Positions 1-28,210 of a stretch of DNA of 64,000 bases are shown here, piece after piece. Source of the stretch: Tubiluchus corallicola (Eukaryota > Animalia > Priapulida); contig JAQGDQ010000332.1 of NCBI GenBank assembly GCA_030141605.1, positions 186,001 to 250,000 of the forward strand, read 5' to 3'. Each line of letters starts with the position of its first letter. The stretch's first letter is position 1. The notes below the pieces were generated by a model. That model was not told the DNA's origin and did not search any database. It was given only the letters and a program-made list of their open reading frames with translations. The position numbers were made by a program, and so were the translations under genes.

Positions 1-15817
<15,817 letters not shown>

Positions 15818-18551
15818 GATTTCAATATAGCACTGAGCACACAGTGTACTCCAGCATTTGTTCCTGTAAATCCAACACCGTGTACCATATTTTCGGCATA
15901 CTGCAAACCAGAAATCAGCACACAATGGCAGGGTCTATTACTAGTGTTGAATTTTGTAGCCAAACATGCACTGAAATAACTTACTCTTCTTGCCCCCTGT
16001 ATGTATATTATTCCACTTATGTATAGTACGAACTCTTATTGTCACTACATAACGAGACTGTGTCTTCTGAACTTAATAAGAATAATGAAGGGGACGAATA
16101 ACACTATTGTTTCTTATTTAAGCAAAAATAAGTAAAAAATCAATATTCCACCTGTTCTGTAGCATAATAGCAAATTAATGAAAACTATATGAGAGATTTT
16201 TCTGCTTGTCACGTATATACCTACTTAACGTATTATTCTGCGAGACTGCGGAGATTGCTTAAAATACCTATGATTTTCTCTGTAACATTTTGAATAGTAG
16301 TTCTGCTTCTCAGAATAGTTCCAAATCGATATAATGTGCAGAAATGAAAAGTTAATTGCCCATAAATTGATTTAAAATTTAATCATTTAATTTTAAATCA
16401 ATTAATTAGATAGAGAGTTTATATATGTGTGTGTGTGTCAAATCAGCGTCAAACTGTAACTTTTTAAAGATCGATTTTTTTCACATAATTTTAACACATT
16501 TAGCAATTTATTATTATGACATGTTTTGCACAATTTTTAACTTAACAGTTCTGTCATTATTTTTACCACGTACACTGCGTACCATTTTTATTATTATTAT
16601 GCTAAAAAACATAACGCTAATCAGATATACTCCAGCAAAACATCAACTAAGGTGGCATCATTAGCCAAAATTATGAAACCAGCCATTATAATATTCCTAG
16701 AAATATGTGAATTAAAATAATCACGGTCTATTTTTGTTATATTTATAAGCATCGCCATGAAAAATATGAAAAAGCACCGGTGTTTCCCTTGACTAATACC
16801 GTTAGGCTAACTGGCATATAATTATATACACAGCTAAGCTTACCGTTTTAATTTTTCTAATAAATGTATTCATTTGTAAGCAGCTTATAGTTGATGAATA
16901 ATAATTGAATAATTGTTCACATGTATAGATAGAGAGCCTTTTATATAATTTTCAATGAGCATTGTTGCATGTGGTGATCTTTCATCTATTCATCTGAATT
17001 ATACTTTTATTACTTAATTATTTTGGTCCCAGTATATCATATTGATAATACGTTTCTTCGCACAAATATATAATTTAGCGTTATACAGGCCCTTTGCGTT
17101 GTATGGCTTTAGAAAAAGGTAATTATATAACCAGGAATTGTAGCAAACTCTTTGTACAGGGTGTCTCATCAGTCACAATACACTTTACATTTTCTATGTT
17201 TTAAACAAACAAAACTAAGTGTTTGAAAATTGGTACAGATGAACTAAACCGTTGGGCAAAATTAGAAAATCTGGTAAGAACTACTGCGCTTTGCTACTTT
17301 TACTACCTTCTTCAGAAACCTCAAGAGTCTCAAAAACCAATCCAACAGTCGGGTAGTCCTACACTGAGAAGGTCTCTCCCAGAGTCACAGCCCATAAGTG
17401 ATTAGGAAGGGCTGTGTCTCGATGAAAAGCTACATAGCAATAGTGGGAGAATAGTTGGTGAACCTCAGTCGGTGATCGAAGGACCGCATACCAGGTTGAT
17501 TTTAACTCATTTATAACGTTACAGTCCTAGCCATAGCAACGACGTTCTACACAAAAGCTAAATTTAAAAAATTGCCAAAGATCCGTTTTGATTCATGTAA
17601 GGACTCTTGAGACGCCCTATATTTGCCACAAATAAAAATAAGTTCTATACGTGCAAACATTTCCAACCATAAATTGCGCACAAATCATTATTTTCGGCGG
17701 GCTTACTCATATCCAACAGGTACTTTTTGGTGTAATTTCAAAAAATGATAGACATGTTTACAAAACACGAGGAAGGAAAAATAAGTAGTAGACATTGATT
17801 CTGAATGTGGTCGTCAAGTATGTCAAATATGGTTCACTAACGACCTGTTCATCATCATCTTCATACATTCTCTCACCTGTCAGTCATTGGGTAGGCCTCC
17901 CTTGCGTTAGCTGGTTAAGAAAGTGTTGGCCACATGGTTAAGATCAATAAATGCACTCTTGTCGTTAAAATTGCTCCAGAGCATGTGATGCTTACGTTTT
18001 CATCCAATCTTTTGGGCAAACTTCAACATGCTCCACTTTTCGCCACCAAACAATGAAACAAAATGCTTATTTTGCAAGTTGCAACGATCAAAAAAAATAA
18101 ATATCATTAAACTCCTATCAAAGAAACGAGAAAAGTTTTGAGTTTAAAATAGTTGTTAATGGTTTAAATCAGTTCACCTTATGTGGTACGTATCACGTAT
18201 ATGCAAGACACGAAAAACCAAATTCCTTTACACTTTGCAATTTTTTTGTTTTTGAAATAGTTAACATTAGATTAACATTAAAATTAGAATGAAATAAAAG
18301 CAAGTAAATCAGTTCATTTAGCTTTTGATTTATTTTTAATTGACCTAGGCAATTAAAACTAAGAAAAACTAAAGTTTACGAATTTATTGCTACTATGCAT
18401 GTAAAAAATTAAAAGCTATAAAGCTAATACAACAATAAAAAGCCTTAAGGCAGCAGTAAAGTCTTTATATAACATAATTTCACTCAAAATTTGAAATAAG
18501 GGAGAGTTTATTTCGATTAGTTAATTATGAATGCTTATAATGTGAATTTTC

Positions 18552-21500
18552 TTATTTCTCTGAGACATGGCTTATTTCAGAAACTTTTTTCTTTCTTGCA
18601 AACAAAACATTACAAAGTTCCATGATTGTAAGCACGCTCGCTCCAGCGAATGCTCCCATTAAACCACCAATATTACCTAAAGTGAAAATGAAAGTAAGAA
18701 TTATTGATGACTTTTCTACAATGACTTCCTAAAGTAATGATGGCTTCTCAAAGAAAATTCCGTGCTGAAGCCGTTGACAAACTCGCATCAAATTATAAAC
18801 TCACGTCTAAAAGTATGATAGTGCACCGCTGACTGAAACACTGAGCTCAAGGTATTAACACAAGCATATAATTACAATAAAATCGTAAGGGAGGTGTCTT
18901 TAACAATAATTTGTTATAATCAACTGCTTATATTTGTGTTTAAAATTTATTGATATCTACTTTTAATAAAAATAACTAAATCTATTGATTTGCAGTACTC
19001 GACTTCGGTGCATGTAGCACTACTTCTTGTGTTAATCTGAAGAAGACTTTACCCCACTTCGCTTCAAAGTTTTGAAGTTAATGTATTTGACTCTTAAGTA
19101 AAGTCAATTTCTCAGTCCAGTCGTCGCTTCCGTAATTTATTCCGTCTATTTAAGTAAGTAATGTAAGAGAGCTATTTTAAAATTTGACTAAGAGGGTCCG
19201 CATTTACTCAGCATTACTACATACACTTACATATTACATCTTTGACTGTATATGATGGTTCACTCCAGACGGTCCTGTTAAATAAGTTTACGTAAAAGAT
19301 CTCAACTTCAGCTAAATTTGATCTGAAAAATTACAGATTGCTTTTACAGCATCATTACGAAAATTTACTTTTCTAACTTCAGCTAAATTTTATTTGCGAA
19401 ATTGCATATTGTTCTTGCAGTACCGTTTTCGAAAATTTCTGACTTTTTTCAAAATGCCTAGCCGAAAAATAATAATAGTAGCTCAATGTGTAAAAATGTC
19501 CATCATTTTTTATTATAATCACAAACAAACATAGGCGAAATGTTCAGTTAATTATGTGGACGTTCACAGCAGCGGCGAGAAAAATAATGTGTAGTTTGTA
19601 CGTAACCAATAATTTTTAAAATTGTAGTTCCGTACAATTAGTTACATAATTATTACAATCTTTACAACAAACAGTAAAGCCAGCGCCGCTTAATTCGTGA
19701 CTAGATTAATCAATATAAAGTACACAAAACTTCACAGAGAAAAAAATTATTCATAATCAAAGATTATGTTCTGTATAATTATTTACAGAATTTTTATGAC
19801 AATCTTTACCATAGACAATAGAACCAGAACAACTTAATTCATAACTTTAGTAGCTGTGGCGCAATAAATCTGGTTACATGAATTCCGATGTTATAATGTG
19901 TGCTGGCCGAGTTGCTGTGTTTGTTATAGTTTCATTTCGCTTGTAATCAATAGCACATAATTTGTGTTGGTACAAAAATCGCATAACGTCAATATACATT
20001 GTAATACATTGTTTCATAATCTTCTTGACTGCTTAAAGATTAACTCTGTAGCTAACAATGATGGACGTCGTGTACTCCACTAGAAAATTGTTCTAGTTAT
20101 CGTATGTATTGTATGGGTTTTGCAAATTTTAATTAAGTATTAACTAATGAACTAGTCGTATTTATGGATTAACTATTTTGAGTTATTACATACTCGAACT
20201 AACTAATTGTATATTTCTTCACTGCACATAGTAGAAATACTGTGATCACTAATAGTCACTGTGTTGTAAATCCATTCAAAATAAATAAAGTTTATATCAG
20301 AAAATTGTTCATTTCGGCGATTTCTTTCTCTGTTACTGATTTGGACTTTCCACCTTTTTAACTTACTTTATTTCTTCCTCGGTTACGTTGTACAGCTGTT
20401 CGTATATTTTTAAGAAAGGCGGTGAAGGCAGTGGTGCTAGCGTCACCTGGTAGACATATTGATCAACTGCACAGTCCGGTGGGCAAGGAGGGTCACAGTC
20501 GTCATCACGCCCATCTCTGAGAAATTCATCTGTTAAAGAGATTATAACATATTACTTTCACATCTTGTAAGGTTTATAATCTGACACTGGGCTGAACAGC
20601 TTGTAAGGTTTATAATCTGACACTGGGCTGAACATCTTGTAAGGTTTATAATCTGACACTGGGCTGAACTTTAACCATTCGTACATTGAATTTTGCAATC
20701 GTAATCCAGTCCCTTACTTACTCCTATAGGAAGTCAGTCGGCCAGTCAAGAATTCGAACAGTCGTAAACGTAGGAAAGTAGGGCAAATATTTGGTACAAT
20801 AAAATAAATTGTAGGCTTAAACAATAAGTAAACAAAATTGAATCAATGCGAAAACAATATCCCACACATAGCGCTTGTAATGTGCGACATGATAATGAAA
20901 AAGCGGCAGAGTTAAACGTCATACCAAGAGCTGGTAGATAGCAGGTCAGATACTGACTGACTGTGCACAACGGTGCGTCTTCTGTAAAAAACAAAAGATA
21001 TAATGATTAGTACTCGAGTAAATTGTAAAGACGCTACTCATATTTTAAATGACTTGCGCTTGTTTTATATTGGACCTAATATTCTTTTGCAGAGATCTTA
21101 GTTTTTGTTCTGTTGATGTCAAACTTGTTCTGTTTAAATCTTATTGTTCATCTTTTCACTGTTCTAACCTTTGGATCACTTTTAATCTTGGTACTAGTAG
21201 AAAATTAAAATCGGCATACTATTTTGCATTGCGAAGCTTTTTACCTACCGTAGTGGCACCACAGCATCTAGAATATGTAGCGAAAATGGCTGTAATCACT
21301 TTAGAGTGATTTTGAGTAAAAATACTTTTAGCCCTCGTCAGGGAGTTTTAAATTCAAGCATTGAAGTCATACGCAATTTTATTCTTAATACTGATGTTAT
21401 TTTAACTTCGAAAATATTTGCCCATTCGGGATATACACTTACTAACCTTCTTTAAATATTTAGCTTACTAATTTTTTGTTCTCTGTGTAAATATTTATTT

Positions 21501-24500
21501 TATTTGTCTTGTGGTGGATTTTTAAATAGTGAATTTTAATTAAGCTTTGTTTATCGTTCTACGGTACTTATTATGTACTGAAATGAACGTAAAATAAATA
21601 AAAATAAATAAATTACTAATTTTGTTTCATTCATGCCTATGATGACGCTAATGAAATCAGCAAAGATACAGCGAAGAGTGCCATTTAACAGAAATTTCAA
21701 TTTCGCGTGAGAGATCTTTGACCGATGCTAAATGATTTATTTCAGCTTATAGTTTTTCTGTCAGAAGAAGGCATGATCTGCCGACCCGAACAAAGATAAC
21801 GTAAAGCAGGGGTGTTCGAGGTTCGGGACGGGATCGAGTTTCAGTTGGAGATCAGTGGTTCGGGATAGGGGTTCGGATCTTAATTAAGTTCGACGGCAGG
21901 ATTTTTCGGGGTTCGGTATCAAGCGGTCAGGATCTCGACCTCGAACCATCCATATTATCAACAAATGGAAATATTAGAGTGAAATTGCGCAATTTTAGCT
22001 CCAGCTCAATAATTATATGCGTCACTAGACTATGAGCAGATTCCACCCTTGGGGCATGGCTGCCAGCTAATCAAAACCTGCACTGAGTTTGCATACTTCA
22101 CTATGCTATTCAAACGTAAAGAAACCTATTGGTCATCTTTTTGTTTTGAAGTTAAAATGATTGTTAGAGAGAACGATCATGTATTAACTGAGAATGATCA
22201 TGCATTGAGTAAGAAGCATTGACTTTTTGGGCGGATTTTTGATAGGAAACATATTACATACAACAGCAGTGAGACAAAAAAAAATCACCAAAATATTTTT
22301 CGTAAAACGGTCTTATTCTTTTACATATGTTCTTAAATTGTTCCAACTTTATTGGCGAACCACATCCACCAGAATACATTAGTCATACTCACAAAAGACT
22401 GGTTGCACGCTCCCTTTTTGTATATCCAGCAAAATTTTAGTCGGTTGTTTACTTTAAACGTTTTAAAATAGTGGTTATCAAAATGCGATGAAGTGTGGTT
22501 CATTAAATCTCAACAAAATCTATGGTCTCGTAAAATTTAAGCAACGAATGATTTTGTAAACGGCTGATTTTTCTCGATAAGCCTCAAAAACCGAAATAAA
22601 CGTTGTTTTTTTCGAGTACTATAAACTTAAAATTCAGAGTCGGGATTTAGGTCGGGACGGAAAGAGTTCTGGATACCTGTTCAAAAATTCTGCTTTACAC
22701 TAGGGGTGTTCGGGAACGTGGCGACTGTGTCTGCAATCAAGCAGTTAATACAACTACTACTTGTTTTACGGTATCACAAATACAGTCTCTCTTCTTTAGC
22801 AGCATAGCAACTTGGCCTTAGACCAAAAGTTACTCTCTATTTAATTGTTAATCGGCAAAATAAATTTAAAAATAAGCTATGTACTCTTAAGCAATGATAC
22901 TGCTGTGTATCCAACCGCCACTGAAAACTTGCTGAACTTAAAGTTGGATATAACAGATAATGCCAACTTCTGGGGTGCGAAGCGACAGGAGCGTGTAAGG
23001 TCGTAATACATATGACTACATGAAACAGGCGAAATTGAACAGATTTGTTGAATAGTCATACATGACGAAACTAAGATCAAAATCCCATCATATCGTCAGC
23101 AGTTTCTCCCTTTCAATTGACTGCGCACTACATTACGCCCTGTTTTGATTTAAGCTAGCCTATGTAACATTCCCGATCGTTACTGCTAAAATGAGCTGCT
23201 TATTCGCATATTATATTATTAGCAACCTCATTTGCAAGACACATTTGCGCATACATTTTATTTGTATTACCAGTACCCTCATTTCACAGCGGAGCATTGT
23301 TTTTCTATGTACATAAAGCTTCAGCTAATGTGCATGTAAACTCTGTACACACTACACAGCAGATTTGACCAGCTAAGGCCCAACACGTTGAACGTAGACG
23401 ATGCTTCTAGTTCATGACATAAGAGACTTAATAGTGAGATGATCGATGCAATAAACGTTCATATTATACATGTCGTAAAGAAATTTAATTTAGTGTAGAA
23501 ATTGTAACTCCATCTATTAAAGACTAAATTACAACACTATAAAACTGCATTTTGTAGAGGTTTATATTTCATACTTTTACAGCTATAATACGTACCACTT
23601 GGAGACACCCAAAATCTGCAGTCACATTTTTTCTCCGCATAACTGCGCTGGCAAATTAAAACGCAGAAAGACTTCGAGTACAAAATGTTTGTCCCAGCAT
23701 AGAGCGTAGGGTTACTGCAGACCGGATTAGATGGACTGCCTTGAAAGTATGTCTGCAAGCAAATATAATCATGTGTTAGCAATTACAGATGCTTCTTATG
23801 AACAACTAAACAAAAACTGCAGTAAAAGAAACGGGTATGGTTAAATATTAAATTCAGTTACATATGCTAGAGATCTACAAGGACAAGTGGCAAAAAGCGT
23901 CGACTCACTGAGAAGTGCCTTCTGTGGACTCAAAAATTACACGGAGAAGCAAATTATTCTTGGCGTTTCATGGTTGAATGAAAAACGCCATCATGATTTG
24001 ATTATTTAAATTAAAATTATTATCGTAAAACAAAAACAATTGAACTTATTTCTAACCTTACAGAATACTTAGTAATAGTTAGCTAATAATAGTTAGTAAT
24101 AACAAATAAAAAATTATATAATAATAACAGGTTTATAAAAGAAAAATTACCTTATTTATTTATAATAATAAAATACCTAGAATATTACATAGCGACGAGT
24201 ACATACAAAAAAGTAGTCGGTAGTAAATAAAATAATAGCAACCCTGGAACAGGAGTAAAGGTCAGTGAATATCGGTCAATTATGATTATTACTCGACCAC
24301 CGGGCTTTATCAAATTTGTTTCACAAGTACAAAGATGGACTGGGTTAATTGTGTATTAAGCATTTTTCATGGTCGTGGGTAAAATACTTACACTTACAAG
24401 GTGTAAGTTGTGTAGTCGGTTTTTGTTAATAATTCATTGTTTTTAGTGACAGCGCGAGCCGTTCACGTACTCGATACAAATGGGCTCTTCTAGCTGAGTT

Positions 24501-27500
24501 ATGGCTGTTCATTTCTAAACCAACATTGACGAAAATCAAGAGCAGATTGGTTTTGTCAAACTTAAATGACATTCAAACATAACTGTCATTCTCGGCGATC
24601 ACACAGTCCTGGAACACTGACAAACTCAATAGTGTTTTGAATGACCGTGTGGACGGCCTATTAGTCACCTAATTATTATTCTTGCGTTAAGTTTTTATCA
24701 GATATAGTACCTTTTCGTATTGAAGTCCAACCTTTGTGATGAAACCTGGAGAAATTTGAATTTCGTTGGCATCAATTTCTGTAAACGGCGCTCCAGGTGA
24801 ATGCACTCTTGCCTGCAATATATACAACAGTTATTGTTTTAGGCCCATTGTGCATTGAAGACGCGCGGCAAAATTACTCAAGGAATAATTCCTTGTAAAA
24901 ATTTCTCACGAAAATGGAGCACATTGCCTTTTATGGCATATTTCATTTCATAAGAAATTTTTCTCGTGGTTTTTTCATGAGGAATTCTGCCGCCAATATA
25001 CGCTGTGCGTCGCCCTCACAAAGAAATTCGCCGCATTGGAGAAAAGGAGTATAATTACTCCGTTTTCCGGAGGATTCCTCACATGTAAGCATACCATGTA
25101 AGCAATGTATTGCCCTCTGTGTGTTAGTTGATTTTGGCAACAGTTCATCACTCAATGAGTTTGTAATTAGTTTATTATTCTGTTTTATTTTCTGCAGAAT
25201 AAAGAACCACACAATCTAGGCTTGATGGTTATCATCAGCAGCATCATCATCCCCTCACTACTGTCTTCCAGTAGTCATCATTAGCATTATTATCACCACT
25301 GTCATCACACGTCATCATAGTTTTGGCTCAATAAAGAGAGAGAAAAGGATTAGCCAAACTGCAATGTGAACTCAAGATAGTCAGATCTTATGTTCGCCAG
25401 CCAAATGTACACAGAGTGCTAAAGTACTTGCTCAATGAGTGCATCTGTCGTCACACTGAAACCTGAAAATGTTTAACCTTCCACAGAAGGAATTGATATC
25501 CAACAAAATGTCAATCATTCTCAGTCAAGAGCTCTGCTGACTGTCCAGTCAGTGTGCATATTTTTCACACGCCCATAGAACTGGTTCATTATCTCGTCTT
25601 TCGGGACAAGAGCTCTAACTATGTATTATCGGTATATGTTATATTCTTATGAAAAATGCTCAACTTTTCAAAAATCTGCGGGAGAGAAATCAGCCTGGTT
25701 GTAAATCTTATTGTAGGTTGTCGATTGCCTGTATTGTCGACTAAAATTGCAGGTGAATTTGTGGAAATACATAGTATAATTTCGTTTTTTATAGGAAGAA
25801 ATGCGCAGCGCTTGCGTCTATGAGTTAATGATTTTGCTGTTAATAAAATACGCAGTTTAGTTTATTGTACGACCTTGCAAGCTAGATAAAAACAAGCATT
25901 AACTTTAAAAAAATTAACTTAACGAGGTTAATTAGGCCCTCATATAATCATATTAATCATATAAGATAAATCATATAACTCCGCTTTAATGATGCAAATA
26001 TAAAATAGCCCACTTAAACAGACATGACAATGAAATTTATAAGTATATTGAAGCTCGAGTTGGCAGGTATAAATGCTTCAGGGTTAACATGCATATAAAA
26101 ATTACAGCCTGAGCACGTCTATGTAGGTTTTCGAGGGTTGTAATAATGGCCAGTTAGCAATAGTTGAAGCCCAGCGGCAGAGTTGAACACTCATCTACAG
26201 GAATCAGTGACAACTGTCAGGATTATGTGGTAAGCGAGCACACTCATTGGAATTCACATTCAGGCAAAATGTTTTTTGTGGTCAGTTTTTATAAACCTCA
26301 AGATCTTCACTGTCCAAATTAATTCAAATGTGGTCAAAATTTATGTTATATATCAACGTGAAATTTGTATCCTGAAATAGTCATTTTTATGCAATTTCCC
26401 TGGCTATAAAGCCTATAATCATAATTAAAAGATTCCATTGGGACTTATGACTTACGTAACTTGGACAAGATCGTTGGACAAGAACGTAAAATAATCAAAT
26501 TTATTCCATTTCTGTAGTCTAACAAACAGTTGAAAAAATGTAAAAAGTGGACAGTTAAAATTTGAAAAAATACGTCGCAGGTATGATGTGTTCGTATATT
26601 CAAAGGCAAAAGAAACTCGTAAATATATTTTGTCGCACATTTATTGTAAAGCAATGCTAACTGGCTTAGTTTCTTTATTATACTTATGTCTCTACATTTT
26701 GTGGTGCTTCGAAACTTCTTCTCTACATTCTGTTTAAATTGAAAAGTCATTTTTTGCCTACTTGAAGTATTGATTTTGTGTAAAAATAGCTATTCATAAT
26801 TCATAATTCATTTTTTGCCTGCTTGAAGTATTAATTTCGTGTCAAAATAACTGCTACTCTGCAAATTTATATTTATGAAAAAGTGCAATCAGTTTATCTG
26901 CTGATTAGACATTAGTTGTGACTGTCATGTTGTTTAGTTTAGTTTAGACAGTTGTTGTCCAGCGTGAGCTGTTGTCCCGAATGCCTCTGAGCGTGCTTAC
27001 GTTACAGCAGAGGCGGAGCGATATACCAATATGTTTGACGTCAGTTCGGCACCAGGTAGTAAACGAGGCTTATTTTTGTAGAATTTTGCTTCGTTCCCTT
27101 ATAGTTAGAATGATGAGACTAATATGTCTACTACAATGTAGAATCGTGATAAAAATCTCATTTTGCTCTAGTACTGTCTAAAAATTGCCTTTACTTGTCA
27201 ACTGTCTGTCATCTTAGTATTATACTTTCCATCTCATTGTTTTATAAGCCTTCTACACAGTCTGTAGGGCAATTGTGTTAGGGCTTAAGCCTATAATAGA
27301 AAACAGTCTACCATACCGTGAATCCAACTGATCCACCCAATGGTCCATAAGCATAATCTTCTTTACTCGCCCATAGGCGAATTTGCAGGCCAAATTTCGA
27401 ACCCGGTTGTCGAATAAGGTAGGGCTTGTATTTTGTCGGGTAAATGAAGTAAATGGCTTTCTCGTTTTTCCTTGAGTCTGCCATTTTGTGATCACCGATG

Positions 27501-28210
27501 CCTGCCTTATCTATGTCGACCGAATTCAGTAGTTTTGCATTATCAAGATCTTGGCTTGGAGATATTTCTTCTTCATCTTTCTTCTTTTCCTCTTTTTGTT
27601 TCTCCCTTTCTTTCTCTTTTTTTTCTTCCTCTATATCTTTTTCAAAACTATCGTCTGAAGTAGATCCAATGGCGTTTGAATATTTTGCGTTGAATGAGTA
27701 GCATCGACCTAGTTCCCTCATTGATAACCTGAAATCATTGCTACAGTCTGCTCCAGCAAAACTGCATTTAAAAAATTTAGATGACTTTATGTCCACCATA
27801 TACCGACTGTCAAAAAGGTCATGTATGCTAATATCCTTGAAGTCAAAGATTTTGTTGGTAAAATTGCGTGGAACCTTCGCAAAATTGTCCTTGTTCATCA
27901 TGTTGATGAGTCGAATGAATTCGGCTGGATTTGGATGCGTCTGAATAAGTGATCGGTTAATAACGTTATGGCTGCACACGGAAACAGCAGGGAACTCTAA
28001 TCCTTGCGAAACAGAGTCGAAACTGATTATCGTCTTAACAGGATGATCCACCAAATAAAGAACTCTGTCAAAAGAAACGTAGATGAGGAAAAACCACGAG
28101 GCTAGAAGAGCGATGGTCCAAATAAAGCGAAGCCTGATGGGGAAATCCCGGCGTACGACATATCGCACTCCATGAAGTGTCGTCTCTTTTAAACAATCAG
28201 CAGAGTCCAT
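18552..28210 (-). CDS. DEG/ENaC family ion channel (ASIC/BASIC/HyNaC-like branch), 529 aa; exons 28210-27317, 24812-24711, 23752-23596, 20981-20925, 20529-20367, 19322-19231, 18676-18552
   Basis: Seven phase-consistent GT-AG exons sum to 1590 nt. Motifs: TTLHG (HG motif), TM1, FPAVSVC, GRCYSFN, GLQIRL, ISPGF, a 10-Cys thumb (CVLICQRSYAEKKCDC...DAPLCTVSQYLTCYLPALD...CDPPCPPDC), and TM2 NIGGLMGAFAGASVLTIMEL with the GAS filter. Stop TAA at 18554-18552. Confidence 0.95.
19304..19450. repeat. 71-bp-period tandem duplication spanning the acceptor of DEG/ENaC exon 6
   Basis: AACTTCAGCTAAATTTGATCTGAAAAATTACAGATTG.. at 19304 vs AACTTCAGCTAAATTTTATTTGCGAAATTGCATATTG.. at 19375. Confidence 0.8.
20561..20668. 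repeat. Near-perfect 36-bp x3 minisatellite
   Basis: Unit CATCTTGTAAGGTTTATAATCTGACACTGGGCTGAA at 20561, 20597 (1 mismatch) and 20633. Confidence 0.97.
21780..22715. mobile_element. Putative non-autonomous DNA transposon with imperfect TIRs and GTTCGGGA subterminal repeats
   Basis: The left end CCCGAACA..TAACGTAAAGCAG (21785-21809) is the inverse of the right end CTGCTTTACACTA..TGTTCGGG (22690-22713). GC-rich GTTCGGGA/GTCGGGAC repeats lie inside both ends. No TSD confirmed. Confidence 0.5.

Noticed and set aside
17370-17430. Hairpin GAGTCACAGCCC...GGGCTGTGTCTC considered as a hammerhead ribozyme or SECIS
   Set aside because: No CUGANGA/GAAA core in the right geometry, and no in-frame UGA in the neighbouring genes.
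20561-20668. 36-bp repeats as a CRISPR array
   Set aside because: The repeats are head-to-tail with no spacers, lie in a eukaryotic intron, and there are no cas genes.
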